Assembly (NCBI RefSeq): GCF_002113885.1
Contig: NW_018408028.1
Location: 420,618 to 484,617, forward strand
Direction: 5' to 3'
DNA from: Mizuhopecten yessoensis
Lineage: Eukaryota
DNA length: 64,000 bases
Shown: positions 1 through 13,711 of the stretch, piece after piece
Numbering within the stretch: position 1 is the first letter of the stretch
How the letters are laid out: every line of letters starts with the position of its first letter
Program-made: the position numbers and the translations under genes
The notes under the pieces: generated by a model
The model's input: the letters and a program-made list of their open reading frames with translations, nothing else
What the model was told of the DNA's origin: nothing
The model's database searches: none

Positions 1-1475
1 ATATAGTATCCCTACTCCTTACAGACAAGGGTTATCCTTGTATAGTATACCTACACCTTATCACCATCAAAATCTTTTATAAAACAAAAGTTTCGAGCTT
101 TGTATCTGAAACTCGCTGTAATTATCTCTACGTATATGTTTTAATAATTCCATTATAACTACCACGGACTTAGATCTAATTCCATGAAACTACCAACTAC
201 AAATATATTGTCAAAACAAATACATATCATGACGTCATGAACACCTACCGCAAAACGTAATAGCTGCAATAAAGATTCCAAAAATACTTACTTCAAGAAT
301 TCCCTAGAACTTCCGAAAATCCAAGATCAGGGCGTTAAATCATTCCTAAACAACACAATATCCAATCTCTAATTCGAATCATATGGTTGGGCGACGTTAA
401 CTACAGGTGGCGCCACGGGTCGTAGACTTGGCGCGTAACTCCCTCACGAGTTAATGTTTATATCGGAAGTTAGTATGACATGTGACCTAAGGCCATCATC
501 ACACAGGGAGGTCGAGCGCGTGAGCTATAAATACTATCCATTACCCCCGGGTAGCAGGAAATACGACACTAAATGTTTTTCGCCCTAGAACCGATTTTTG
601 TATTCTCTGAATATCGCGGTATTTATTGCAATGTTTGAAACGTATATGAAATATCAAAAAGTAAAGATAAAGGCAGTTGATTTAAGTACTGATAAGAAAG
701 GCTGTTTTCTTCATTCGGAATAAAACGACATCTCAACTTTATTAAAGTAACAAAAAGTGTAAATAAAAATTCTGAAGCATTTATTTCAATGTTTACAAAC
801 ATAACAATTTTCTGAATAACTGCTTAAAATAAATTTAAACAAATAATGATATATTGGGTAAAAATTCCATTTACACAATCAACAGATCAAAAGTCAAAGA
901 TATCAGCTACTCAGCCAACAGCAGAATAATATAAAGCTATCAGTTACACTGCCAAAAGTCGAAAACAATGTAAAAATATCCTCTGCACAGACAACAGCCA
1001 AAACAAAGTCGAATATTTCATGGTATTATATTTTGTAACGCTAATATCAATGTTTTAGGATATCGTTCTGCAACGTTGCTAAGCATGCATTGTCTTTCAC
1101 TTCCGGGTGTCGTGGCCAGTGATTGAAGTATTGGATGGAAACAAAAGAACATTTTGTCTTTAACCTTACTATTTATAGACTATTACATGTATGACCGCTC
1201 AAGTATATAGATAATACTTAGAGGGATTATATATATACACAAACAAACATTCGTCAAACGAACCTGTGAGCTGCTCGTGCCAGGCTGTTTCTAAGGTTAC
1301 AACAGTAACCGGGACTAAGAAATGGTTCAATGACGTGCCTTTAACGTACCTCACTTCAAATAGGAAACCAGACAGACCGTCCGTCCGGTATACATCCTTT
1401 GTCTTTTGAAAGATTATTTTAACACAAAAGGTGACGTTTACCTTTTATTTGTAATTATAATTTATTGTTTTTATC

Positions 1476-3388
1476 ATGGGAGTGGGAGGGTCGTGAGGGT
1501 GTTTTTTTACTATAAGCCTCTCATTTTCCCCCACATGAGAGGAGTGGGAGGGTCGTGAGGGTGTTTTTTACTGTAAGCCTCTCATTCTCCCCTACATGAG
1601 AGGAGTGGCAGGGGCGTGAGGGTGTTTTTTACTGTAAGCCTCTCATTCTCCCCTACATGAGAGGAGTGAGAGGGCCGTGAGGGTGTTTTTTTTCTATAAG
1701 CCTCACATTCTCCCCTACATGAGAGAAGTGAAAGGGTCGTGAGGGTGTTTTTTTTACTATAAGCCTCTCTTTCTCCCCTACATGAGAGGAGTTGGAGGGT
1801 CGTGAGGGTGTTTTTATACTATATGCCTCTCATTCTCCCCTACATGAGAGGAGTGGGAGGGTCGTGAGGGTGTTTTTTTACTATAAGCCTCTCATTCTCC
1901 CCTACATGAGAGGAGTGGGAGGGTCGTGAGGGTGTTTTTTTACTATAAGCCTCTCATTCTCCCCTACATGAGAGGAGTGGGAGGGTCGTGAGGGTGTTTT
2001 TTTACTATAAGCCTCTCATTCTCCCCTACATGAGAGGAGTGGGAGGGTCGTGAGGGTGTTTTTTTACTATAAGCCTCTCATTCTCCCCTACATGAGAGGA
2101 GTGGGAGGGTCGTGAGGGTGTTTTTTTACTATAAGCCTCTCATTCTCCCCTACATGAGAGGAGTGGGAGGGTCGTGAGGGTGTTTTTTTACTATAAGCCT
2201 CTCATTCTCCCCTACATGAGAGGAGTGGGAGGGTCGTGAGGGTGTTTTTTTACTATAAGCCTCTCATTCTCCCCTACATGAGAGGAGTGGGAGGGTCGTG
2301 AGGGTGTTTTTTTACTATAAGCCTCTCATTCTCCCCTACATGAGAGGAGTGGGAGGGTCGTGAGGGTGTTTTTTTACTATAAGCCTCTCATTCTCCCCTA
2401 CATGAGAGGAGTGGGAGGGTCGTGAGGGTGTTTTTTTACTATAAGCCTCTCATTCTCCCCTACATGAGAGGAGTGGGAGGGTCGTGAGGGTGTTTTTTTA
2501 CTATAAGCCTCTCATTCTCCCCTACATGAGAGGAGTGGGAGGGTCGTGAGGGTGTTTTTTTACTATAAGCCTCTCATTCTCCCCTACATGAGAGGAGTGG
2601 GAGGGTCGTGAGGGTGTTTTTTTACTATAAGCCTCTCATTCTCCCCTACATGAGAGGAGTGGGAGGGTCGTGAGGGTGTTTTTTTACTATAAGCCTCTCA
2701 TTCTCCCCTACATGAGAGGAGTGGGAGGGTCGTGAGGGTGTTTTTTTACTATAAGCCTCTCATTCTCCCCTACATGAGAGGAGTGGGAGGGTCGTGAGGG
2801 TGTTTTTTTACTATAAGCCTCTCATTCTCCCCTACATGACAGGAGTGGTAGGGTCGTGAGGGTGTTTTTTTAATATAAGCCTCTCATTCTCCCCTACATG
2901 AGAGGAGTGGGAGGGCCGTGAGGGTGTTTTTTTACTATAAGCCTCTCATTCTCCCCTACATGACAGGAGTGGTAGGGTCGTGAGGGGGTTTTTTTAATAT
3001 AAGCCTCTCATTCTCCCCTACATGAGAGGAGTGGGAGGGGCGTGAGGGTGTTATTTTACTATAAGCCTCTCATTCTCCCCTACATGAGAGGAGTTGGAGG
3101 GTTGTGAGGGTGTTTTTTACTATAAGCTTTTCTTTCTCCCCTACATGAGAGGAGTTGGAGGGTCGTGAGGGTGTTTTTACTATATGCCTCTCATTCTCCC
3201 CTACATGAGAGGAGTTGGTGGGTTGTGAGGGTGTTTTTACTATAAGCCTCTCTTTCTCCCCTACATGAGAGGAGTTGGAGGGTCGGGAGGGGGTTTTTTT
3301 ACTATAAGCCTCTCATTCTCCCCTACATGAGAGGAGTTGGAGGGTCGTGAGGGTGTTTTTTACTATATGCCTCTCATTCTCCACTACA
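1476..3388. repeat. 62-bp minisatellite, ~31 copies
   Basis: Unit GAGAGGAGTGGGAGGGTCGTGAGGGTGTTTTTTTACTATAAGCCTCTCATTCTCCCCTACAT; near-identical core ~1850-2830 with diverged ends. Confidence 0.98.
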
Positions 3389-4274
3389 AATTGTCGCCTC
3401 TAAAGCTCCCCTTACTACAAAGCACGTTTATTTCCTGCATACCAATAATTAAGTTATCTTCTTATGCGTATCTCATTCCACGATAGTGATACCATTTCTG
3501 TGTCTTTGTATCCAAACTTACGTCTCTTTCTAGCTCTATTCTATATATAACATAATGAACTCCCTCCCCCACTCAACTTGTCTATATTATTTAAACCGCT
3601 AGACCCGGGCCTCCAAACAGATACACATTCCTTCCTTGGTTTAACTCTCTTCTGGGCCCTGTTACATCACAGGTAGAATGTTTAACTGCTACCTGTCCGC
3701 CATGGTTTACCCCGTTACTGCGGTCCTACGATTGGCGATAATTCCCGGCTAATTTGTTTGCACGCGCTCCAGTTTCCGCGGGACCATCCATCAGTCCCTG
3801 TCTGTTGGAACTCCCGACTCTCGTTTTACAGAAATGTACCTATCAAACGGTGTCAATTAACTCTGGACATGCGCGTGCGCGCGTGAAAACCCCGGTGATA
3901 ACGATTGTGACGTCTGCTTCATCAATCAAACGTTTGGTTGGTCATTAATTATCCGCATCTTGCAGACGTTTGAGGGGTCGCGTGCCCCATCTCAGTGTTG
4001 GTAAGGTATTAAAACGTGGAGTCTCGTTACCAACAGAAGAGAGGCATTCTCTGTACAGAAAAAAACCCGCCTCGTTAGTTCTTACATATAAAATAACGAT
4101 CATAGCCTGCACGTGACCTTCCATCTTTAAGCTTAACGAACCGCTCGTAACATAATCTGTCCTTGTGTCCGTATAAAGTATGTACAACTTTGAGTATTTG
4201 TCCTAGCGTCCTGATCTGCTTGACGTAAAACGAATTTTGTTAACCGTTTGACGTGAAACAACGTATCTGGAATA

Positions 4275-4580
4275 TCAAGGTTCAACTACGATGACCGAAT
4301 CATAGTAAAGTCTTTAAAAAGGGTAGTTGTTTTCCTTTCTAAGCGTATGATAATCACAAAACCGCTTCACCCGCTGTTAGTATAATGCGGGTGGAGTAGC
4401 GTGCTTGGTGCCTTCGGCATGGGAGCGCTCTAGAGTCGGCATCAGATCCAGAGGAAGCAAATACGAATTTAACCCACGTTGTTCACCAACATACCGCCTC
4501 AATCACACATTCTTACAAATACACGGTCTTCGTCGTGGAAAGGACACGTAACCCAATGAAACCGAACCAAAACCAAACAG
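4275..4580 (+). mobile_element. Degraded tRNA-derived SINE, same family as 28730-29110
   Basis: Shares AGTCGGCATCAGATC, GGTAGTTG and CCCG..GT.AGTATAA blocks with the reverse complement of 28730-29110; ends in an AAACCGAACCAAAACCAAAC tail. Confidence 0.6.
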
Positions 4581-4959
4581 TTCAACAAAAACATACCTTT
4601 TATTGATTTTGCATTTATAAAACATGTTACATGTATGTCGGATTGTATGTATCACTCCTGTTCACTAGGATGGTAGCGCGCAGTTAATATTCCGTGTAAA
4701 CTAAAAGTATGTGATTTTTAATATGAAATATCCTCGTCACGTACACTGTACATGTTGTTTCCAATATTTTTAAAAAAATGAGAATATGAAAATAACTTTG
4801 ATAAAAGGTATAAACAATAGTTCATGTCTGTAAGTTACCTTTGGTGTTGATCCTTAATAACGTGTAAAGTGTAATTAACGTATACTGTCTTAAATCTCCT
4901 CACATCGGAGTGTGGAATAACGACCTCCGAGACTTCAATCAGACAACGTGAACTACGAG

Positions 4960-5120
4960 AGTAAGGCGGGACCACGTTCGTCAGACACGTGCGGCCATTC
5001 CTGTTTGGTATTTTAAGATTAATAAGTATATACCAATCGAGTTATAAGGGAGTGCGGAAGTGGCAAGACTCTACAGAGTTTCAACATACAGGTTTCCTAT
5101 TGATGATAGGGCGGAAGTCA
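4960..5120. promoter_or_regulatory. Candidate promoter/enhancer motif cluster
   Basis: GGCGGG/GGGCGG GC boxes, CACGTG, CCAAT and two CGGAAGT ETS-type motifs within 160 bp; a minus-strand AG|GTAACT donor lies at ~4834-4840. Confidence 0.3.
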
Positions 5121-5617
5121 GATAAAATATCCCTCCCATTCATTTGACCTATCCTCTTGACCAGACCGTCAGACACCGAATCTTACAGACTACGTGAAGA
5201 TCTCGGTTACAATAACTATACATAAATACCTGTGTGTTGTTCCGAGATTTACTGCAGACGAGTATAATGGGCAAAACATTTAATATTTCTGGGGTTAAAC
5301 TACTGAAATATCAGTTTTCCAACACATCCTAGTCAATTATAAATCTATTTCTTATGAGTTGCGTTTTGGATAAGGTGTAATTCTGAACACACGAGGGAGA
5401 ATAACTCTCCAAAAAAAAATACCCGGTAACACAAATCTCAAACCAGGAACTACCATCATGCATAATATCGAAAGAATTTAGCGACCACTGTTAAAATAAT
5501 CCTTATTTAACATAGCATAGGGCTTTCACAGCCTTTCATGGGGGAGTTATGTCGTCTTCCGATGTACCTTGATGAGGGTTTACTTCCCTGGGTAAGTACA
5601 ATGACTACAGGGGCCAT

Positions 5618-5778
5618 ACGTGTTCCTGACAGAGTAACGTTCCTGACAGAATAACGTTCCTGACAGAGTAACGTTCCTGACAGAATAACGTTCCTGATAG
5701 AATAACGTTCCTGACAGAGGAATAACGTTCCTGACAGAGTAACGTTCCTGACAGAGTAACGTTCCTGACAGAATAACA
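5618..5778. repeat. 17-bp tandem repeat, ~9 copies
   Basis: Unit AACGTTCCTGACAGA(G/A)T. Confidence 0.97.
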
Positions 5779-6074
5779 CAACTGGTAAACAATATAATAA
5801 TAACATAGAAGATTCATAGTGCATGTGTTCGTCTTGCGTAAAGACAGAGTCTTTAAAAATAGAAAAATGTACAAATGAAGATATTTAAAAACCGATGTAA
5901 CTGACCTATAAGCAAACAAATTATATTTTCTGCTGTTGCTATGGACACGAATACAATGGCGTCATATTCTACGCTCAAAACGGTTAGAGAAAATCAGACA
6001 CTGGCGACTAGATCGATAGGGCTCGAGCAGGACTTCTTTACCGCCTCGGAGACAGCAACTAGTGCAGACGAGGA

Positions 6075-7235
6075 CGTCTTCTACTGTAAACAACCATCTA
6101 TGGAGACGTGGCAGGGACAACAGACGACTGACCAGAAACGCCTTCTACTACAAACAACAATAAATGGAGACGTGGCAGGGACAAAAGACGACTGACCAGA
6201 AACGCCTTCTACTACAAACAACAATAAATGGAGACGTGGCAGGGACAAAAGACGACTGACCAGAAACGCCTTCTACTACAAACAACAATAAATGGAGACG
6301 TGGCAGGGACAAAAGACGACTGACCAGAAACGCCTTCTACTACAAACAACAATAAATGGAGACGTGGCAGGGACAAAAGACGACTGACCAGAAACGCCTT
6401 CTACTACAAACAACAATAAATGGAGACGTGGCAGGGACAAAAGACGACTGACCAGAAACGCCTTCTACTACAAACAACAATAAATGGAGACGTGGCAGGG
6501 ACAAAAGACGACTGACCAGAAACGCCTTCTACTACAAACAACAATAAATGGAGACGTGGCAGGGACAAAAGACGACTGATCAGAAACGCCTTCTACTACA
6601 AACAACAATCTATGGAGACGTGGCAGGGACAACATACGACGGACCAGAAACTCCTTCTACTGCAAACCATAATATTTGGAGACGTTGCAGGGACAAAAGA
6701 CGACGGACCAGAAACGCCTTCTACTGCAAACCATAATCTTTGGAGACGTTGCAGGGACAAAAGACGACGGACCAGCAACGCCTTCTACTGCAAACCATAA
6801 TCTTTGGAGACGTTGCAGGGACAAAAGACGACGGACCAGCAACGCCTTCTACTGCAAACCATAATCTTTGGAGACGTGGAAGGGACACGAGGCTACAGAC
6901 CAGAAACGACCCATCCTGTAAACCACAATCTATGGAGACGTGGCAGGGACACGAGGCTACAGACCAGAAACGCTTCATCCTGTAAACCACAATCTATGGA
7001 GATGTGGCAGGGACACGAGGATACAGACCAGAAATGCCTCATCCTGTAAACCACAATCTATGGAGACGTGGCAGGGACACGAGGCTACAGACCAGAAAGG
7101 CCTCATCCTGTAAACCACAATCTATGGAGACCTGTCGGGTACAGGATATTACAAACCTAAAAAATCTCCTCTTGTATATCACAATCTATGGAGACCTTGC
7201 AGGGACACGCTAATACAAACCAGAAATGCCTTTTC
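6075..7235. repeat. 64-bp minisatellite, ~18 copies, three variant blocks
   Basis: Unit TGGAGACGTGGCAGGGACAAAAGACGACTGACCAGAAACGCCTTCTACTACAAACAACAATAAA; ORFs here recur every 64 bp. Confidence 0.97.
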
Positions 7236-7582
7236 ATTTGAACAACACACTACGGCATTATGACTGGGACATAGTACTCGGACGAACACATCTTTTCTTC
7301 AAAACAAGAGACTATTGAGACATCACGTGGATATAGTACTGTGGACGAGAATATTACAGATGAGAATATCTTCTCTTGAAAACTACAGATAATTGATATC
7401 TGTCGGGGAAATGCAACCTCAAATGGTCATGTCTGTTAAAATATTAAAAGAACACTGTAAATATATTGGCGATCATCTCAAAACAATTTCACTTTACTGT
7501 TTTCACTTGTCGTAACGGACGGGGATATCAGCGTTATTAAGGATGCTAGTAGANTTACTTATATTTAAATGTGAAAACTTAC

Positions 7583-7629
7583 CGAAATTTGTGAATGGTA
7601 GCGAAGTGTAAGGCTTGTTTCAGAGTCAT
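7583..7629 (-). CDS. Putative first coding segment (MTLKQALHFATIHKF-R) within a 112-bp exon (7583-7694) of an unidentified gene
   Basis: Minus strand: pyrimidine-rich acceptor CTTTTGTCTCTTTCAG|G at 7695/7694 and donor TCG|GTAAGT at 7583/7582. All three frames are closed upstream; the ATG at 7629 has A at -3 and is open to the donor (phase 2). Confidence 0.5.
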
Positions 7630-8798
7630 TCTCAGCTAGGGTGTTAAGGTGGTGACGTCATAGTGGCACAATTGGCCCACAAACGTATGGAAACCTGAAA
7701 GAGACAAAAGCAATGCTTAGAAAAATGACTTTTGAAAAGAAAATACAATCAAATACCTCGCTAATCCGCCACAGAAATGAGAGAAACCAATCAGTTGTAA
7801 CACATATTTGTTATCGAGTTTAATATTTAGGACACCATTCCTTGTTGGGGAATGACATATTGTTCATTAGGATCACAAGTTCCCAATACTAGTGCGCATG
7901 CTCGTACAGCTCGTACATATGTACCGACTGTTATACGATATATATAAGGTAATACATAAGTAAACACTTTATTTTGTCATTTGGTGTAAGTGATAACATG
8001 GCGTTATGTGTAAATATAACGTCATCGTTCTTCTAAATGTCATCCATGCAAAAGTTCATTTTTCGATAACGAGGTTCCATTTCTAAAACAAAATTTTCAA
8101 AATGATATGACGTCATGGCACTTCTCAAGGTCGACGATCTTGGCATATACTTTTACATTCGAGCTTCAAGTCCCCATAATCATAAACACTACCAGCAGAT
8201 ATGGCGTTCATATGATTATGAACGCAAAAGGATCAGTCATTTTGAAGCTTTTCCTCTCGCCTAGATAAACGCGAGACCGTCGTAAGATGCACACACCAAG
8301 GTAACGTTTAAGCAATATCACTTTCGCTGCCGACAAACTTCAGTATCAGCAATATAATGGGGTTTTCTAATTAACATCATTAAAAACTAGATTTCAAATT
8401 TATATATACCTATTGTACGTAATGTTTGAGTCATCATGCCAGTATGAACGTCAATCAGTCTTATCCTTAATCCTTATTTAGTGTAAAATGTCAGCTAAAT
8501 ATGGATGTAAGTAACCGAATTGCGTTCATAATACCGATACTTAATGTATGATATAAACGGTTTCAGAAGCTCACAAAAATGTTACATCAATACTAGTGTG
8601 ATGCATGTATATCATATTACTAGTTATATAAATCTTAAACTCTTATATGATGAAATGGGACCGGGGTAAGGCTACCGTCACGAAACGCGAAGAAGGGGCT
8701 GACATGACATCATGGAGGGTACAACAGGGTGTCAGATGAAGGCAACATTTAAAACACGCCCTTTTTGTAAGATTTTACGTACATGAGAAAAGACAAAG

Positions 8799-9357
8799 GT
8801 CACAAGCCTACCGTACATTTAAGTGAGTAAGACCCCTTGTCACAAGACTACCGTACATTTAAGTGAGTAAGACCCATTGTCACAAGCCGACCGTACATTT
8901 AGGGGAGTAAGACCCATTGTCACAAGCCTACCGTACATTCAAGTGAGTAAGACCCATTGTCACAAGCCTACCGTACGTATAAGTGAGTAAGACCCCTTGT
9001 CACAAGCCTACCTTCCATTTAAGTGAGTAAGACCCATTGTCACAAGCCTACCGTACATTTAAGTGAGTAAGACCCATTGGCACAAGCCTACCGTAAATTT
9101 AAGTGAGTAAGACCCATTGTCACAAGCCTACCGTACATTTAAGTGAGTAAGACCCATTGTCACAAGCCTACCGTACGTATAAGTGAGTAAGACCCCTTGT
9201 CACAAGCCTACCGTACATTTAAGTAAGTAAGACCCATTGTCACAAGCCTACCGTACATTTAAGTGAGTAAGACCCATTGTCACAAGCCGACCGTACATTT
9301 AGGTGAGTAAGACCCATTGTCACAAGCCTACCGTACATTTAAGTGAGTAAGACCCAT
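8799..9357. repeat. 40-bp minisatellite, ~14 copies
   Basis: Unit GTCACAAGCCTACCGTACATTTAAGTGAGTAAGACCCATT. Confidence 0.98.
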
Positions 9358-11000
9358 GGCGATTGATGTTGTTGACTTTTTGCATTCCTACGTCAGTGCT
9401 GATTACAATACACTCATTGTTCGGGGCACACGTGTCGATGAACATACATCTCAACGTTCTCGCTTAGTTGGTTTTTTTCTGTAAACGTCATTCGCCTGGC
9501 AGTTTGACTCAGATAGACAGGCGATCAGATAAAATATCCACACGTTTATTGCACGACCAAACATGACCAGGTGGTACAGCCATTCTTAATTTGTCGATTT
9601 AATAATTCTTAGAATGAGTGTCAAACTTTCTCAAATATTTACAGACCGCTCCATCTCTGGGTCCTAAGCTACACGGACTGTTTAGCGTAGGTTTGCCTAA
9701 ACAACTCCTCAGCTGGATCGCGAACAATGTAAACACAGTTGTCTCAGATCCATGTGACGTCATAATGGGCATATAACTACAGTGCGAAACCTGTATGTCC
9801 ATGTGTTCTAGGTGCGGGTAACTGCACTTCCTGTATACACACAACACTTCCGGTTCCAGTGTCATAATTACCGAACTTTGAGAAGCCGCTTCACATAAGA
9901 AAGTATATCCCTGTCAAAATGATGTTCCATCAGTATTTAGGAGCTAGGGTCATGTTGGAAATGTGTTATTTTTTTATGTTTGATAGCGTATATTATATTC
10001 AGACTTATTCTGTATCATTCTAATATCTGTAGTAACATTTCAGCGAGATAGTTGGTAGCCATGTTTATCTAATTCGAGTTAGTTAATTCTAACATTGTAT
10101 ACAGGCATATAAGTTTACCGTGTGTCTATTTTGAAAATTAACTAATGACAGTTAGATAAACATGATGGACGTTCATTTCATATTTAGAAAAAAACATACG
10201 TTTCTGTAATGAATTAATTATTCTTGTTTCCGAAAAGGGAAACAAATGTTAATTAGTTCTGACGTCACAATAGAACGTAACGTCGCAAACTTGACGTCAT
10301 AATTAGAATATTGACCAATGAAATCACGTCCAGGGTGTAACCCACTTGTGGGTAACCAAAAATGTTTACCAACTCCTAGCAGGTTTATCCGATAAGTCGG
10401 GGGCCAGGATACCTATGGTGGTTGTTGGAGAAAAATAATTATGAATATCGGTAAAAAGCACCACGGTGACCTTGGAGTGTGGTAGCACGTGGAGTACAAT
10501 ACCTTCATACTATACGTAGCTCGCCCAAACACAACATTATATAACACACGACCTCTTCCCCGCACCTGACCTCCAGGGCTTCACCGACGGGAGGGATTCA
10601 TTGGAGCTCCCGTTCATTATTAAAGGAGATTACACCAGTACTCGCGGTACAGTGAAGTTTGTACGCCCTTTACAACAACCTACACACCTAATGCTCCGTA
10701 TGTGTTGGGGGTTTTGTGTAGATCTTGTAACGACGGAAGCCTGGCTTTCTGTGTACAGTGTGTGTAACGTTCCTCTTATACAGGTGGATAGCATTGTATT
10801 TGAGTCATTCCTCTCGCGGGCCGACATTACTTCTTGCAACTATTTTGCGAAAAAATAAATCCTTTCATAACAAAATATTTATCTACAAAGTTGTTAATTC
10901 GTTTCTCAAACCAATTCTTCAAACTACATAATAATCACCACAAAATGTATCAGTTTTCCGTCTTTAAAAGGGCAAAGTTATGCATATTTTGCTACGTTTT

Positions 11001-12385
11001 AAACAAGAGGCCCAGAGGGCCTGTATCGCTCACCTGGATATCTAAACAATCATGGCAAAATATTCTCCAAATGAGATCCAAGGGAATATGCCAGACCCCA
11101 AGGCCAATCCAGGATCAATTCTAATATCATGACTGCATTCGTCTATTTTTGCCCAGCATTTGTATATATAGTTTTGGGGTGGGGATCTCAACCGTTTCTA
11201 AGTTATGACCCAGGGGTTAAGTCTGGAAAGGTTGGGCAGACCCTGGGATCAATTATAATATCATGACTGCATTCGTCTCTTTATGCCGAACAATTGTATA
11301 TATAGTTTTGGGGTGTGGATCTTAACAATTTCGAAGTTATGACCCAGGGGTTAAGTCTCCAGGGTGGGGCAGTCCCCAGGGCCATCCTGGAAGCATATGT
11401 GCATTCATTTCTTTATAATTAGCAATTGTATATATGGTTATAGGGTGGAGATCGCAACTGTTTCGAAGCTGTGACTAAGAAACTAGGTCCCTAGGGTTCA
11501 GTCAGACCCCAGGGTCTATTCTGTTATCATGACTGCATTCGTCTCTTTATGCCCAGCATTTGTATATTTAGTTTTGGAGAGGGGATCTCAACCGTTTCAA
11601 AGTTATGACCCAGGGACTTTGTCTCCGAGGTTGGGCCAGACGCTAGGGCCATCCTGGAAGCAACTGTGCATTCTTCTCTTCATACTCGGCTATTGTATAT
11701 ATGGTTATACGGTTGGGATCTCAACAATTTCCAAGTGATAAACTTATTTTGGCCCCACCTCTTAGCCCGGGGGGTCAGACCCAAAATTTGTACAATTTTG
11801 AATCTCCACCACCTAGGGGTGCTCCCAGTCAAATATGGTTGATATCCATCTCTTTGTTCCAGAGAATAAGTCGCTTCAAGCAATATAGCCAAATTGGCCC
11901 CTTTTGGCCCCACCCCTCAGTCCCCTGGGGGGTCAACCCCACCATTTGTACAATTTTGAATCCCGACAACCTAGGGATCCTTCCAGTCAAATATGGTTGA
12001 TATCCATCTTTTAGTTCCAGAGAAGAAGTCGCTTAAAGCAGTATAGCCAAATTGCCCCCTTTTGGCCCCGCCCCTCAGCTCCCTTAGGGGTCACCCCCAC
12101 CATTTGTACAATTTTGAATCCCTACCACCTAGGAATCCTTCCAGTCAAATCTCTTAGTTCCAGAGAGGAAGTCGCTTAAAGCAATATAGCCAAATTGCTC
12201 CCTTTTGGCCCCGCCCCTCAGCTCCTTTAGGGGTCACCCCCACCATTTGTACAATTTTGAATCCCTACCACATAGGGATCCTTCCGGTCAAATTTAGTTA
12301 AATTCCAATCAGTGGTTAAGAAGAAGAAGTTGTTTAAAGAAATTGTTGACGGACGAACGGACGACGGACGCCACGGTATGCCATA
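11001..12385 (-). mobile_element. Non-autonomous Helentron/HINE (DINE-1/pearl-like) element with internal satellites, one end truncated
   Basis: Terminus AAACAAG-AGGCCC-AGA-GGGCCT (hairpin) followed by GCTCACCTGG subterminal motif; internal ~133-bp and ~158-bp tandem units; (GACG)n-like microsatellite at 12348-12370; the partner AGGTGAGC terminus is missing. Confidence 0.75.
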
Positions 12386-12471
12386 TTCAAATATTTCAAA
12401 CGTTCTAGTATAAAGACACCACAATTTTACAATAAATGATTCAATATCTAAGGAGTTCAATACATTCCAGA

Positions 12472-13432
12472 AAAGTTCATCTGAACCGGTGTTACTTTTG
12501 ATCACAAACAAGAGGTTCATCTGAACCGGTTTTACTTTTGATCACAAACAACAGGTAAATCTGAATCGGTGTTACTTTTGATCACAAACCTCAGGTACAT
12601 ATGAACCGGTGTTACCTCTGATCACAAACCCGAGGTTCATCTGAAGCGGTGCTACTATTGATCACAAACCACAGGTACATCTGAACCGGTGTCACTTTTG
12701 ATCACAAACCACAGGTACATCTGATCCGGTGTTACTTTTGATCACAAATAACAGGTACATCTGAATCGGTGTTACCTTTGATCACAAACCACAGGTACAT
12801 CTTAATCGGTGTTACCTTTGATCACAAACCACAGGTACATCTTAATCGGTGTTACCTTTGATCACAAACCACAGGTAAATCTGAATCGGTGTGACTTTTG
12901 ATCACAAACCTCAGGTACATCTGATCCGGTGTTACTTTTGATCACAAATAACAGGTACATCTTAAACGGTGTTACCTTTGATCACAAACCACAGGTACAT
13001 CTTAATCGGTGTTACTTTTGATCACAAACCACAGGTACATCTGAACCGGTGTTACTTTTGATCACAAACCACAGGTAAATCTGAATCGGTGTTACTTTTG
13101 ATCACAAACCTCAGGTACATCTGATCCGGTGTTACTTTTGATCACAAATAACAGGTACATCTTAACCGGTGTTACCTTTGATCACAAACCACAGGTACAT
13201 CTTAATCGGTGTTACTTTTGATTCCAAATCACAGGTACATCTGAATCGATGTTACTTTTGATCACAAATCACAGGTATATTTGAATCGGTATTACTTTTG
13301 ATCACAAACCACGGGTACATCTGAATCGGTTGTACTTTTGATCACAAACCACAGATACATCTGAATCGGTGGTACTTTTGACCACAGGTTTATTTGAATC
13401 GGTGGTACTTTTGATCACAAACCACGGGTACA
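12472..13432. repeat. 40-bp minisatellite, ~24 copies, with a 5-unit higher-order repeat
   Basis: Unit TGATCACAAACCACAGGTACATCTGAATCGGTGTTACTTT; unrelated to the 40-mer at 8799. Confidence 0.98.
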
Positions 13433-13711
13433 GCTGAACTGGAAATAAGAGGTTTGTAAGAAGGAGTTTGGTGTGTATGAATTTCTGAAGGAAATCTTTA
13501 TAGCTGATAAATGATTACCTTGATATTGATTGTTGATGAATGAATTAAAGACCTTGTAGAAAATTACTGATCTCAATTTTGAACTTGTATTAATAATCCT
13601 GGGAAGAAAGAAACATATCGGTGTTATTGGTAAATCATTCGATGTATACGGCATGTGCACATTTCTTCATTCAGATTTAAATACCAAATATTGGCAATCA
13701 CCAAGTCGTGT

